64,000 nucleotides of DNA from the human T2T-CHM13v2.0 reference genome, Homo sapiens. Positions 1 through 14,745 of the stretch are shown here, one piece after another. Below the pieces are notes generated by a model. The model was not told where the DNA came from. It did no database searches and saw only the letters and a list, made by a program, of their open reading frames with translations. The DNA is taken from the NCBI RefSeq assembly GCF_009914755.1, contig NC_060939.1. One strand, 5' to 3'. Within the stretch, counting starts at the first letter, position 1. Every line of letters begins with the position of its first letter. The translations under genes were made by a program, and so were the position numbers.

Positions 1-66
1 AATGAATATTTGTGAAGTGATGGCTGAGGTGACACCTTGGGTAAGTTGTGATAAAAAGTAGAAGTC

Positions 67-365
<299 letters not shown>

Positions 366-1049
366 GGAAATCAGGCAAAGGGAAGGGGATTGCTCAGGGA
401 GGGGAAGTGGCTGGGAAGGGCCAGGGATGAGAGAGTGGCACACTGGGGAGCTGTGAGTCCTTCCGGGCAGCAGCAGGGGCCTGCGTGGAGTGGTGGGATG
501 GCATAGGGTGAGGAGGGAGTATGAGAGGAGGGCAGGGGCCGGACTTTGGAGGCCTTTTATACTGGTCTGCGGGACTTGGATTTTCCTGACAACTAAGAGT
601 GGAGAACATGAAAGGTTCTCAAGGAGGAGTGTGACGCGATCATTTGATCTAAGCCTGCCAGGAAACACATTTGTCGCTTGCCTCCTGTGTGCGAATCACT
701 TTTATGTATGTTGTATCACAATAATCCTGAAAGCAAGATCTTGCTCTTTCATTTTTTGCAATAGAGAAAACCATGGACCAGCGAGTCTGAGTGACTGGCG
801 TCACATAAATGGTAGAGCCATAATCGTTTTTGTGTTTTAAGTGAAGAATTCTGGTAGCAGTACAGAGGCTGGAATGAAGGGGACAAGACCAGAGGAAGTG
901 ATGACTGCCCTTTTTCAGCCATCCATCCAGAAATGCAGTGAGGGGGACAGATGTAAGGTGGTAGCACTTCAGAGGCAGGAAGTGCACAGGCCAAAGATAC
1001 ACAGGAAGTAGAATTGATGGAATATTGGTGACTGATCAGATGTTGGAGT

Positions 1050-1295
1050 TTTTCATATTCATTATTTAATAAGCATTTATAGAGCCAAGCATAATTGTAG
1101 TCACTTTGTAATATTAATTCATTTAATGCACACAAAAACTATCTAAAGGAAGTACTATTATTATCTTCATTTTTACCAATGAGGTAGCTGAAGCACAGAG
1201 GTGTTAGGTAACTTGCCCAGGGTCACACAGTGAGTGAAGGAGGCAGGACTTAAAGCTAGGTAGTCCAGCTCCAGAGTCTATGCTCTTACCTACTA
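1050..1295 (-). mobile_element. MIR SINE
   Basis: Antisense MIR core: tgaggtagctgaagcacagag...aacttgcccagggtcacacag. Boundaries approximate. Confidence 0.75.
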
Positions 1296-1474
1296 AATTT
1301 CTAGTTTGAGCAACTGGGTAGTGGTGGTGCCAATGACAAAGATAGGGGACTGTGGAGAAAGGGCAGCTTTGGACAGGAAGAAGAATTTGCTTTTGGACCT
1401 GAGGAATGTGAGATGTCAGTGAGATGCCCAAGAGACAGTTGTACATGTAAGAGCTTCCAAGAGAGGTCTGGCTG

Positions 1475-1506
1475 TGTTAAAGAAAAAATGATTCCCAACA
1501 TTTGTT

Positions 1507-1539
<33 letters not shown>

Positions 1540-2268
1540 AGACGGAGTCTTGCTCTGTCGCCCAGGCCGTACTGCGGACCGCAGTGGCGCAATCTCGGCT
1601 CACTGAAAGCTCCGCTTCCCGGGTTCATGCCATTCTCCTGCCTCAGCCTCCCGAGTAGCTGGGACTACAGGTGCCCGCCACCGCGCCTGGCTAATTTTTT
1701 GTATTTTTAGTAGAGACGGGGTTTCACCTTGTTAGCCAGGATGGTCTCGATCTCCTGACCTCATGATCCACCCGCCTCGGCCTCCCAAAGTGCTGGGATT
1801 ACAGGCGTGAGCCACCGTGCCCGGCCCCAACATTTGTTAAAAACTATAAAGAAGATTCCATTCAAGGGATGCCATGTCAAGAGGTGCAGGCACCACTGCA
1901 CTGTGGTCTTGCATGCTAGGAGAGAGTGGACCCAATTCCAACAAGGATAAGTGAGGGTTTAGAAGCAAGAAGCAAGAATCAAGGTGGCAGCAGGAGGCAG
2001 TGGGTGGAGAATGACTAAAAGGAAACATCAGAGGTTGGGGGATTCCGGTTAGACTCAATCATCAGAATCCTTGCTGAGGACAGTGCAGGGTGGTAGATAT
2101 CAAGGGTGTCAGATACCAAGGGTGGGGGATTCTCACCAAACTAAGTTAGGATGCTTGCTCAAATTGGGTTCTGCAAGGACAGAGAGGGAAGCTCAAGGTT
2201 AGGCCTAGACAGGCAGAGGACTCACAGGAGGCCGATTGAGTTTCGGTCAAAGGAAGGAGGCTTTATCA
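1475..2268 (-). mobile_element. ERV1-class solo LTR (MER31/MER67-like), interrupted by AluYb8 and inserted in an L2
   Basis: TG...CA termini (tgttaaag...ctttatca) with 4-bp TSD gctg at 1471-1474 and 2269-2272. The flanks rejoin as L2-like gagaggtctggctg/gagatggacat. Confidence 0.75.
1507..1826 (-). mobile_element. AluYb8 (human-lineage young Alu)
   Basis: Minus strand carries the Yb diagnostics GGGTGGATCATGAGG, GCTAACAAGGTG, GGGAAGCGGAG and the 7-bp insertion (CACTGCGGTCCGCAGTACGGCC). Long poly(A); TSD ccaacatttgtt at 1495-1506 and 1827-1838. Confidence 0.93.
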
Positions 2269-3746
2269 GCTGGAGATGGACATCTTGATGTCCTCAGTAT
2301 GTAAGAGGTGGTGAAGTGGAAAGTCGCCAAGGGTCCCTGGGAGAGAGTGAGAGAGAGAAGGGCCAAGGCCCAGCCCTGAGAATGCCAACATGGGGTGGGG
2401 AGGAGCTGGACTGAGGAAGAGGGGCTGCCCCAAGGATAGGCTGGAGAAGGTGGTGTCCCAAGGCAAGAATGTTCCAAGGGACTGGCCAAGGATAAGGACA
2501 AGGTGGAGAGGGGCTGAAGAGTGTGTATCAAATTGGGCCACATAGAGAGCCCTTGTGGCCTGGGCTGGAGCAGCTGCCATGGAGCTGTAGTGGGTGGAGG
2601 CCCAATACAGTGGGTACAGTGGGCTGGGCACCAAAAGGGGGCAGTGAGTGTGGACAGAACCCTCCAACCACAGATGCAGAGAGAGGATAAGAGCTTCAAG
2701 GCCAGAGAAGGTCTTTTGCTTGTTTGTTTTCCCCTAAGATGGAAGAGATTTGATGGTGTTTAAATACTGGAGGAAGTAGACAGTAGGGAGGGGAGAGGGT
2801 AGAAATAGCCACGTGGGAGGAGGTCAGTTGATGGCCCAGAACCCCGTTGGGGGTGGGAGCAGAAATGCACTGAGGTTCACTGCTTCTTCCTCTGAGGTAA
2901 GAGCAAGGTGGGGGATGGATGCAGAAAAGTGGGAGGGACAGAGATGTGTGTGCAGGCGGTGAGGGAGAGGAGGGACTCGGGGATAATGTCTGGTTTCTGA
3001 CTTAGATTTCCATGCAGATGGCAGTGCCCTTGCTGATGTTTAGGGAGGGTTTGGGGAAGAGTGGGTGAAGCTGCTTTTGCGGTGCATGGTCAGCTGCTGA
3101 TGGTGTGGCCCTGGGGCTAAGGAAATGAAGAGGTTGATGCTAGAGGTGTAGATATAGTACGGTCATTGGCATCCAGAGGTGACTGTCAAAACCTGGGTGT
3201 GGATAAAATTGCATAGGGAACATGTACAGTGAGAAGAGAAGAAGGCTGAGGTTGGAGCCTCCAGGGAGAAAGGAGCAGAGAGGAGAGAGGAATCGGGAGC
3301 GCTCTGTCCGAAGCCAGGGGAGGGCAGATGCTTGAGAAGGGAGCAGTGCGCGGTCGCATAAAGCCCAGCAAAGCAGTTGGATCAAACAAAGGAAAAACGT
3401 GTTTTGGATTTAGCAGTAAGGAAGTTGGTGACCTTGGTAAATGCCTTTTCCATGGAGTGGTGAGGGAGAGAGCCAAATTGGAGTGACTGCAGGCGACGGA
3501 ATCCAGCAAAGCAGAGACAGCAAGTGTAGACGGCTCTGAAGAAACAAAGCATTTTGAACTGTATGGATTTCATCACTATGTGAGTTTCTTGCCAAAGAAT
3601 GTTGGGAATTCCAAGACACAAACAATTTGCACAGCCACACTTGTCCTCATTTGGCAGAGCATTTGGAGAAAGCACTCCCCGAACTCCCTCCTCCATCTCC
3701 CAACCGAAGGCAGAGGCTTACGTAACTGTCCTTCTCTCTCTCTTAG

Positions 3747-3849
3747 GCCGGATCTTGGACCTGAAGACTGGGACGGTCAAGAAAGAAGGGCAGCAGTCAT
3801 CCATGAGGATGTGCATGGGCTCGCGGCGGTCTTTCATCTGCAGGATGAG
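3747..3849 (+). CDS. ARNT2: ARNT2 coding exon (probably exon 6), 103 nt, phase 1-2, PAS-A region
   Basis: Acceptor ctctctctcttag|GC; encodes (G)[33 protein letters not shown](R); donor AG|gtctgt. Confidence 0.97.
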
Positions 3850-4750
3850 GTCTGTTTTGGGGGAGCAGCAGGCCATCAGGTGGTTGGTTTGCTCCTTTTT
3901 CTGTCACCGTTAAGAGCCTTGACCAGCTCTGCCGCAGTCACACATGCCAACGTGGGTTCACTCCAGGGACTTCGTCTTCTTGACCTCAGCATGCAGATAT
4001 ACAGGATCCTTGGTTTAGGAAGGATTCTCTCTATCCTCCTACCATCCCACTTTGTCTAATTTCCTACCATTTTCTTCTCATTCCTAGATTTACACCCTCT
4101 TGTCCACTGTATCACTCTACTTCCTACCCATCTTTAAGACCCTTCTCCAATCCAACCTCTCCAAGATTCTGTAGTTCTCAACATGTTTTATATTAAGATG
4201 CCTGATTTCACACTTATTCATATATTTCCTGTCACAATTCACACATTTACTTGGTCTCTATGATATTGTTGATTGATATGTTAAATGTAAATGTCTGGGT
4301 TCCATGAGTAAATTATAGTGCCTTGAGGATGAAGGCTTTGATTGAGACTTCTCTGAGCCTCCCTGACATCTAGCAGAGTCTTCTACATATATTTGATTTG
4401 TACATCATAATTGAAGAAATGCAGGAATGAATGAACTTTGGAGAAAGCAGGGGAATTTTGCCATGTCGTTGAAGAAGAGAGAGCTGGGATCTTGAATCCT
4501 CCAGTCCAGTTCAGCACCTCTGTACCTTCAACCCTGTGCCCCCTGAGGGATGGTTGACATGAACTGCAAGGTGGGAGGTGCAGGACAGAGAATTGAGATT
4601 GTTTGGGCTGTGGAGTTCATGAGGCAGTGATGTGAGGTGATGCCACTCATCATTCATTTATTTAGTTATTCAACACATTTATGTTAAGGGCCTACCTGTG
4701 CCACGTGCTCTTCAAGGTGCCTGGGAGTCAATGTTAAGTAAAGCAAACAA

Positions 4751-5101
<351 letters not shown>

Positions 5102-5911
5102 TCATTTTAGTAGGGGTGATACAAAGTAGACAAAAGTACCAAGTCAATATATGGAACATCAGATGGTGGTGAGTGCTATGGAGGAAACATAAAGCAAACT
5201 TAAGTGGGAGTAGGAAATAGCAGATTTCGTTAATTTCCATGTTATATAGGGTGGGAGGGGAAGACATCACTGATAAGGTGACTTTTGAGCAGAGACCTAA
5301 AGAAAGTGAGTGAATGAAACAAGGGAATGTCTGGGCAAAGAGAAGGGCAAGTAGAGGGAATAGCAAGTGCAAAGGCCTGGAGGCAGGGATGGTCTTGGCA
5401 TGTTCAAGGAACAGTGAGAAGGTCCTTGTCTCAGAAGCAGAGTGAATGGGGTACGGTGCAGGAGGAATGGGCAGAGATGTGGTTGAGAGGTAGTGGATGT
5501 TAGGTCGTGTTGACTTTACATCGCTTCAGCTTTTACTCTGCATGAGATGAGAGGTCCCTGAAGTTGACTGTGAGAGTTACATGTTCTGAATAACATTACT
5601 AAAAACTGCCCCGGTTTTCTGTGGAGAGTAAACCTGTGGACAAAGAAGAAGGGTAGAAGTAAGGAGGTTATTGCAATGATTCAGGTGAGAAATGTGATTG
5701 TGGTAGAAAGTGCTCAGATTTTGAGTGTATTTCACAGACGGAGCCAGCCTTCAGGCAGGGTGTGAGGAAAAGAGAGAAGTCAAAGGTTCCGCTAAAGTCT
5801 TTGCCCACTCAGTCGGAAAAACTGAGTTGTCATTCTCTAAGATGGAAAAGGTTGTTGGGGGGAGCTGGTTTGGGGTTGAGGGGAATTCCAGCATTTTAAG
5901 GTTAAGATGCC

Positions 5912-7100
<1,189 letters not shown>

Positions 7101-9290
7101 AGATGCCCACAGACACCTAGACGGAGAAGATGAGCAGACAGTTGGACATGTAGTTCTGGAATCCAAGGAACAGGTTGGGGCTGAAGATATGGACCTGGGG
7201 ATTGACATCAATAAAATGGTATCTAAGGCCTCAAAACTGAGATGCATGTGAAATCTCGTGGGAGGTGGGTATAGACAGAGGAGAAGACAGAGGACTGAGT
7301 CCTGGGGCTTTCCTGCCTCAGGGGGTTGGGGAAGAACCAGCAAAGGAGACTGAGAAGGAGCAGAGAGGCAGGTGGGAGGGGAAGAAGAGAGGGCAAAGGG
7401 AACAAGAGAGGGCGAAGGAAGTTTCTGGAAAAAAGGAGTTATCAAAGGCCAAAGGCTACTGATGAGCCCTGAATGTGAGCCCTGAATGTCCATCACTGGA
7501 CCTCAGAGAGAGAACCAGCAGGAGATATGGCACGTAGGATATACGGCACGTAGCAGCACAATGGAACCACTTACTAATGTCACCCTCACCTAATTGCGTG
7601 CCACAGGATCTGTGACTTGCACTGGGGCGTCCGTTGCGTACTATGAATTTCCAAACAATAGGTGCTTTAAAATAAGTATCTATTTTCCCTAATTTAAAGT
7701 AATCTTTTAAAGCAACTACACTTTTTAAGCAAAACCTGTTTATGTACAGGCTGGTTGGTCTCCCTCAGATCACCAAGGTTGCCTGTGCTGAGGGGAGACC
7801 TGCTTCTCTCACCCACTCCTTGGGCTCTGAGAACTGGCAGAGACCATTTGTTCTGTTTTACGAGAAATGGCCCTTCAGGGATTTGAGCCTCGCTGTTCTT
7901 TTCTCTGAGTCTCCTCCTCTCGAGGCTGAGCCTCTGGAATTCTTGAAGGCACAGATGAAATCCTCTTCGCCACCTGCCTCAGGTCACAGGATGGTGCTGG
8001 AATGACAGAAAGCACGCATGTCTCCATTTAACTTAGGACTGGGTCCCCACAGACTGCCTGCCCCTCTTTCAGCAGCAGGGGCAAGCTGGGCAGTGGGATC
8101 CACTTGCATTGCTGTGCATCCAGAGATGAAATGCCATCAGTTAGTGTAGTCAGTCACGGCATGTTTGTCCTGCAGTGCTTCTGTGAATAAATGCCTATCC
8201 TAGCTTAGTAGACATTGAGTAGAGCACCAGCAATACAAATCTTAATGGTACCATCTAAGCAATTCCCTTATGAATAAATTGATTGAAAGTGCCATAGTAT
8301 ATCATTTCCATTAGCCCATAAAGCCATTATCACTGCCCCGTCAATGAAATTCATGCAGTCCCTTCCCTGCCCTAGTGTCCTTCTAGGGAGCGTGATATTG
8401 GTTGCTCTTTGAAGTGCCAGGTCCATACTGCCTGTGTTTACCTGAGAGGTGGGCAGTGCTGCCATCTACTGAGAACATAACATTTTCCTCCAAATGAAAC
8501 AGCTATTTTCAGTAAAGCACTGGGCACAGTCAGCCAGAAAAGGGCAGAGGGCCAAACATTGCTGGGCAGCAATGACATGGGGTGAGCCTCCTGTGAAGAC
8601 CACACTAGTGCTGGCAGCTGTCTAAGGTCTCAGAGTATAACTAGACTCTTATCCCTGCTGTATTGAAAATTAAGATATTCAGGATATCATTTGTGATGTA
8701 GTTGGGAAATGGAAATGCACATAAAAAATGGATATACCAAGCAGCAGTCAGAGCCTGGCCATGGTGCAGGCTTTGGGTGTTCAGCACCTGAGATGCTGAG
8801 AGGATCATTGTAAAGGGAGGCAGGAAAGGTTGTCCCAGAGTGTACAGTGTGATGCCACCATCCCCTGCCTCCCAGATGGGGACTCACAGAAAGACCGGAT
8901 TCTCTACCTGTTTATCTCTCATCCCCACGCTCTCCTCTGCCATCAGCAGACTTCCAGCTGTCTGGTTGTCCCTAGTGCTAGAACAGTGTATGGGAGGAGA
9001 GAGTTTCCACAGCTGTGATGCTAAAGCCTGAGAAGATGTTACTGTTCATTAACTGGCAACATCTGTTTTAAGTTGATGTCACTGCTCAGGCCTGAAGGGA
9101 CATTATTGCTGTCATCACCCTCTTCCCTTCTTTCCTAAAAGCCATGGAGTTCCACTGAAATGATCTGCAGGACTGAGCATGGCCAGGTCTCTCCTAGAGT
9201 CTTTCTGTAGGTCTCCAGCTCCTGGACTGGGCCCTGAAACAATTTCAGTGTGTGTTGTAATGTGGGTCACACTCTCCTTTCTTCAGTCAC

Positions 9291-9315
9291 AAAAAAAAAA
9301 AAAAAAAAAAAAAAA
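9291..9315 (+). repeat. A25 mononucleotide run
   Basis: 25 consecutive A, with no adjacent retroelement body. Confidence 0.95.
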
Positions 9316-9483
9316 TCAAAGGCATGCAGGTCTGCTTCTGCACTTTTGAAGAAAATTGGCTATAGGCGTCACCTGAATAAATGTGTAAGCATCAATTAAG
9401 GCTCATCTACTTGACGGCAGCACCATATATTGAATAAACTTGCCTGGGTCTTTGCTCATTCTAATACACTTGTCACATCTTAG

Positions 9484-9549
9484 GTGTGGAAATGCTCCTT
9501 TGGACCACCTTCCTCTAAACAGAATAACCACCATGAGGAAAAGGTTCAG
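9484..9549 (+). CDS. ARNT2: ARNT2 coding exon (probably exon 7), 66 nt, symmetric phase 2-2
   Basis: Acceptor cacatcttag|G; encodes CGNAPLDHLPLNRITTMRKRF(R); donor AG|gtcagt. Not in the supplied ORF track. Confidence 0.96.
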
Positions 9550-9892
9550 GTCAGTATCTCTTCCGATGTATATTTTGGGACTGTTCTGGTAGATAGTCTA
9601 AACACCCTAAGCTAAGCAGCCTAGATTAAAGAAGGGGCTTAGTGTGGTGAGGACCAAGAGAACCAGACATCAGGGTGGCAGTGGCAGAGATGAGAGAGAA
9701 CAGGGAGTTGGGTGGAATTTATTTTTGATTTTCAGACCATGTGGGAGGAAGGAACACAGGATGGTGAGGAGTCAAGATTCAAAACCACAAAGGCAGACAA
9801 GGGAACCCAGTAGCTTAGATGCCAGAGGAGTCATCAACATCCTTGCCTCACCCTCATGTGATGAAAACAATTTCACAAATGTTCTTTTTTAG

Positions 9893-9978
9893 GAATGGCC
9901 TTGGCCCTGTGAAAGAAGGAGAAGCCCAATATGCTGTGGTCCACTGTACAGGATACATCAAGGCCTGGCCACCAGCAG
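9893..9978 (+). CDS. ARNT2: ARNT2 coding exon (probably exon 8), 86 nt, phase 2-1
   Basis: Acceptor gttcttttttag|G; encodes [28 protein letters not shown](G), including the PAS VHCTGY motif; donor CAG|gtaagg. Confidence 0.97.
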
Positions 9979-10178
9979 GTAAGGAGACCTGCATGTAAAT
10001 TCCACGGGAACTGGGTGCTGCTCATACCTGACCATGGTGTCCTGTTAGAGAAGTATTCTCATAGGAATAGGTAGGAAAATATTCTTATTTTTCTTTGTGG
10101 TTAGAACACAATGATCTTTGTAATTGGAAAACATCCTGCTACTTGAAACAAAGGTTTCTGTAAAGAGCTAATTGTGCA

Positions 10179-10539
<361 letters not shown>

Positions 10540-10604
10540 TTAGGTTCTGTCACCCAGAGCATTCTATAAAGTCAGAGTGGCAATTTGAAATGATGAGTGT
10601 ATCT

Positions 10605-11325
10605 AAATCATTACAGAAATGCAAATAAAAGCCACACTGAGATACATCGTATTCTCACTAAGATGGTTAAAAGACAGGTAACAACAAATGTTGATGAGAA
10701 TGTGGAGCAACTGGAATCCTCATACATTGCTGGTGGGAATATAAAATAGCATAGCCACTTGGGAAAACAGTTTGGCAGTTCCTGAAAATATTAAAAACAG
10801 AGTTACCATATAATTCAGCAATTTTCACTCCTAAATATACAACCAAGAGAATTGAAAATGTTCATAGCAACATCATTCATAATGGCCAAAAAATGGAAAC
10901 AACTCAAATGTACACCAAGTGATGAATAGATAAATAAAATGTGGTATATTCTTGTAATGGAATATTATTCAGGAATAAAAAGCAATGAAGTATTGATACA
11001 TGCTATATTATGGACAAATCTTAAAAATGTCATGCTAAGTGAACAGAGTCAGACACAAAAGGCCACATATTATATGATTTCATTTATGTAAAATGTCCAG
11101 AATAGGCAAATTCATGAAGACAGAAAGTAGATTTGTGGTTTCTTGGTACTGCAGGGAAGAATGAGGAATGACTGCTAATGGATACAGTGTTTCTTTTAGG
11201 GGTGACAGAGGTGTTCTAAAATTACATAGTGGTAATAGTTGCACTGCTATGTAACTATATTAAAAACCACTGATGTGAATTATATATCAATAAATTTGTT
11301 CCTAAACCAAAAAAAAAAAAAAAAT
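10605..11325 (+). mobile_element. L1MB-like 3' end
   Basis: agaaatgcaaataaaagccac...atcaataaa followed by poly(A). Confidence 0.8.
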
Positions 11326-11387
11326 ACAATGTTAAACAATTTTTTGTTCACTTTATGGCCCAGAATGTAGTATATATATCTCAGTAA

Positions 11388-11745
<358 letters not shown>

Positions 11746-12398
11746 GATAAAGTATTCTTTAAATGTCAATTTGATCAAGATGATTGATAGTGCTGTTGAG
11801 GGCAACTATGTTTTTATTGACTTTTTTGCCTGCTCAATGTAGCAATTACTGAAGGAGAAATGTTGAAATCTCCAATTATAAGAGTGGATTTTCCTGTTTC
11901 TCCTTGTAGGTCTTTTTTTGCGTCACGTATTTTGATGCTGTGTTGTTTGGTGCACATATGTTAGGGATTGTTATATTTTCAAAGAAAAGTGTTCCTTTTT
12001 ATCCCTGATAATTTTCCTTGCTCTGAATTCTGCTTTGTATGAAATTAATAGAGTTTCTTCAACTTTCTTTTAATTACTGTTAGCATGGTATATCTTTCTC
12101 TATCCTTTTACTTACAACTTAACTGTGCCTTTATATTTAAAGTTGGTTTCTTGTAAACAACATATAGTTGGATCTAGTTTTTTAATCCACTCCCATAATC
12201 TTTTAACTGATACATTTAGACCAGTTACATTTAACATGATTATTGATATAGTTTGATTGATAGCTACCATGTTTTCTATTCATTGCACTCATTCTTTGTT
12301 TCTTTGCCTCTTTTTTTGCCTTTTTTAAGTTTCTTTAAAAATATTTTTATTCTTTGCCCTAAGTTTGCAACATACATTTACAATTATTATATACAATT

Positions 12399-12402
<4 letters not shown>

Positions 12403-12444
<42 letters not shown>
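12403..12444. repeat. (AT)21 microsatellite
   Basis: Perfect AT dinucleotide run. Confidence 0.95.
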
Positions 12445-12446
<2 letters not shown>

Positions 12447-13778
12447 ATGTTCAAAAAATATTATGCCACTTCATGTATAGTGCAGGCACCTTATAATAAA
12501 ATCTTCCTTCTTCTGTCTTTTCATTTCTTATACTATTGCTCTCATTCATGTCACTTATGTGAATGCTATCATCACCCAATACATTGTTACTGTTATTGCT
12601 TTGAACAAACAGTTATCTATTAGATCAATTTAAAATAAAATGTTTTATTATATCTTTATTTATTCCTTCTCTGATGCTCTTCTTCCAAGGAACTTATTTT
12701 AGTATTTCTTACAGGGCAGCATTACTGGTGATGAATTCTGTTTTTGGTTTTTTGTAGAAAATGTTTATTTCTCCTTCACATTTGAAGGATTGAAATTATG
12801 AGATATGGAAATATAGGTTGGCAGCTACTTTGTTTCAGTGCTTTAAATATTTCACTTCATTCTCTTCTTGTTAACATGGTTTCTGAAGAGAAGTCCACAT
12901 AATTCTCATCCTTGTTCTTCTATAGGTAGTGTGGGATTATTTTTTCTAGCTTCTTTTAAGAGTGTCTCTTTATGTTTGGTCTCCTTCAGTTTGAATATAA
13001 CATGCCTAAATATAGAGGGGTTTGTTTGTTTGTAATACTGCTTGGTATTCTCTGAGGCTCCTGGATCTGTGGTTTGATGTCTCTCATTAACTTTGGACAT
13101 TTTTCAGACATCATTTAAAAAATATCTCTTCTGCTCCATTTTCTCTTTCTTCTCTTTTGTATTCCAATTACACAGATATATCTTTTGAAATTGTACCACA
13201 ATTTTTGAGTGTTCTGGTTTTTTTTTTTTTTCATTCTTTTTTTCTCTTTGCATTTCAGTTTGGGAAGTTTCAAATTGATATATCTTCAAGTTCACTGATA
13301 CTTTCCTTGGCTGTGTTCAGCCTACTGATGAGTCTATCAAAACTCTCCTTGACTGTTTTCAGTTTACTGATGAGTCTACCAAAGGCCTTCTTCATTTCCA
13401 TCACAGTGTTTTTTAATTTGAGCATTTCTTTTTTATTCTTTCTTAGAGTTTCCATCTCTCTGCTTTTTATTATCCATCTGTTCTTGCATATTGTCTACGT
13501 TTTCCATGAGAGTTTATAAGTTATTAATCACAATTATTTTAAATATTTGGTGATTTCATAATGTGTTTCACACCTGAGTCTGGTTCCAGTGCTCACTTTG
13601 TCTCTTCAAACTATGTTTTTTTTCTAGCTTGTTAGTATGCCTTGTAATTCTTTGTTGAAATCCAGACATGTTGTATCAGATAATAGGAACTGAGGTAACT
13701 AGGCCTTTGGTGTGGGGTTTTATATTAATGTTCCTAGGAGTTGGGCTGTGTTTAATGTTTTAAATATTGTAGCTATAG

Positions 13779-14168
<390 letters not shown>

Positions 14169-14745
14169 CAAAGAGCTTTTTCTTAAATAGTCTTAAATAG
14201 AGTATGCCTTGCAGCTATTTGAGCCCTGTTGATGTGGGATGAGGAGTTGGGGGAGAGAAATTGTTCTGTAATCTTATGATTAAACCTCATGGGCCTATGT
14301 CCTGGGGCTGTGACCTTCACAAGTGTTTCTTGTCTCTCCCTCCCCTTAGGCCATATGGGAAGGATAGAGTTGGGCTGGAATTGAGTAACTCCTCTTTTCC
14401 GTAGGTGAGATAAGGTTCTGGTAAAGTCTTTTCTCTTAGAGAGTAGGTCTTTGTTATGGAGAATGCTCTGGACATATTTCAAAATGGTTACTTTTTATCT
14501 CCCCCTACCAGAGATTGGGGGGGTGATTTTTCTTGGTTTTTCACTGTGAGAACCTGGTGGGTTCCTGGAGGGAAAACCCATGAAAGTGTGGGGGCCCATT
14601 TTTGTACATTTTAAAACACATTAATAATACATTCATATAGTAAAGTTAAAAATATTGTTTCATTCATTCATTCAACACGTATTTGTTGACCACCTACAAT
14701 GTATGTGCGAGGCATTGTTCCAGGCACTGTAGATATTATAGTGCA

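Noticed and set aside
3580-4059. 159-aa ORF overlapping exon 6 in another frame
   Set aside because: GTG start, spans intron-exon boundaries and has no recognisable domain; a by-product of the coding exon.
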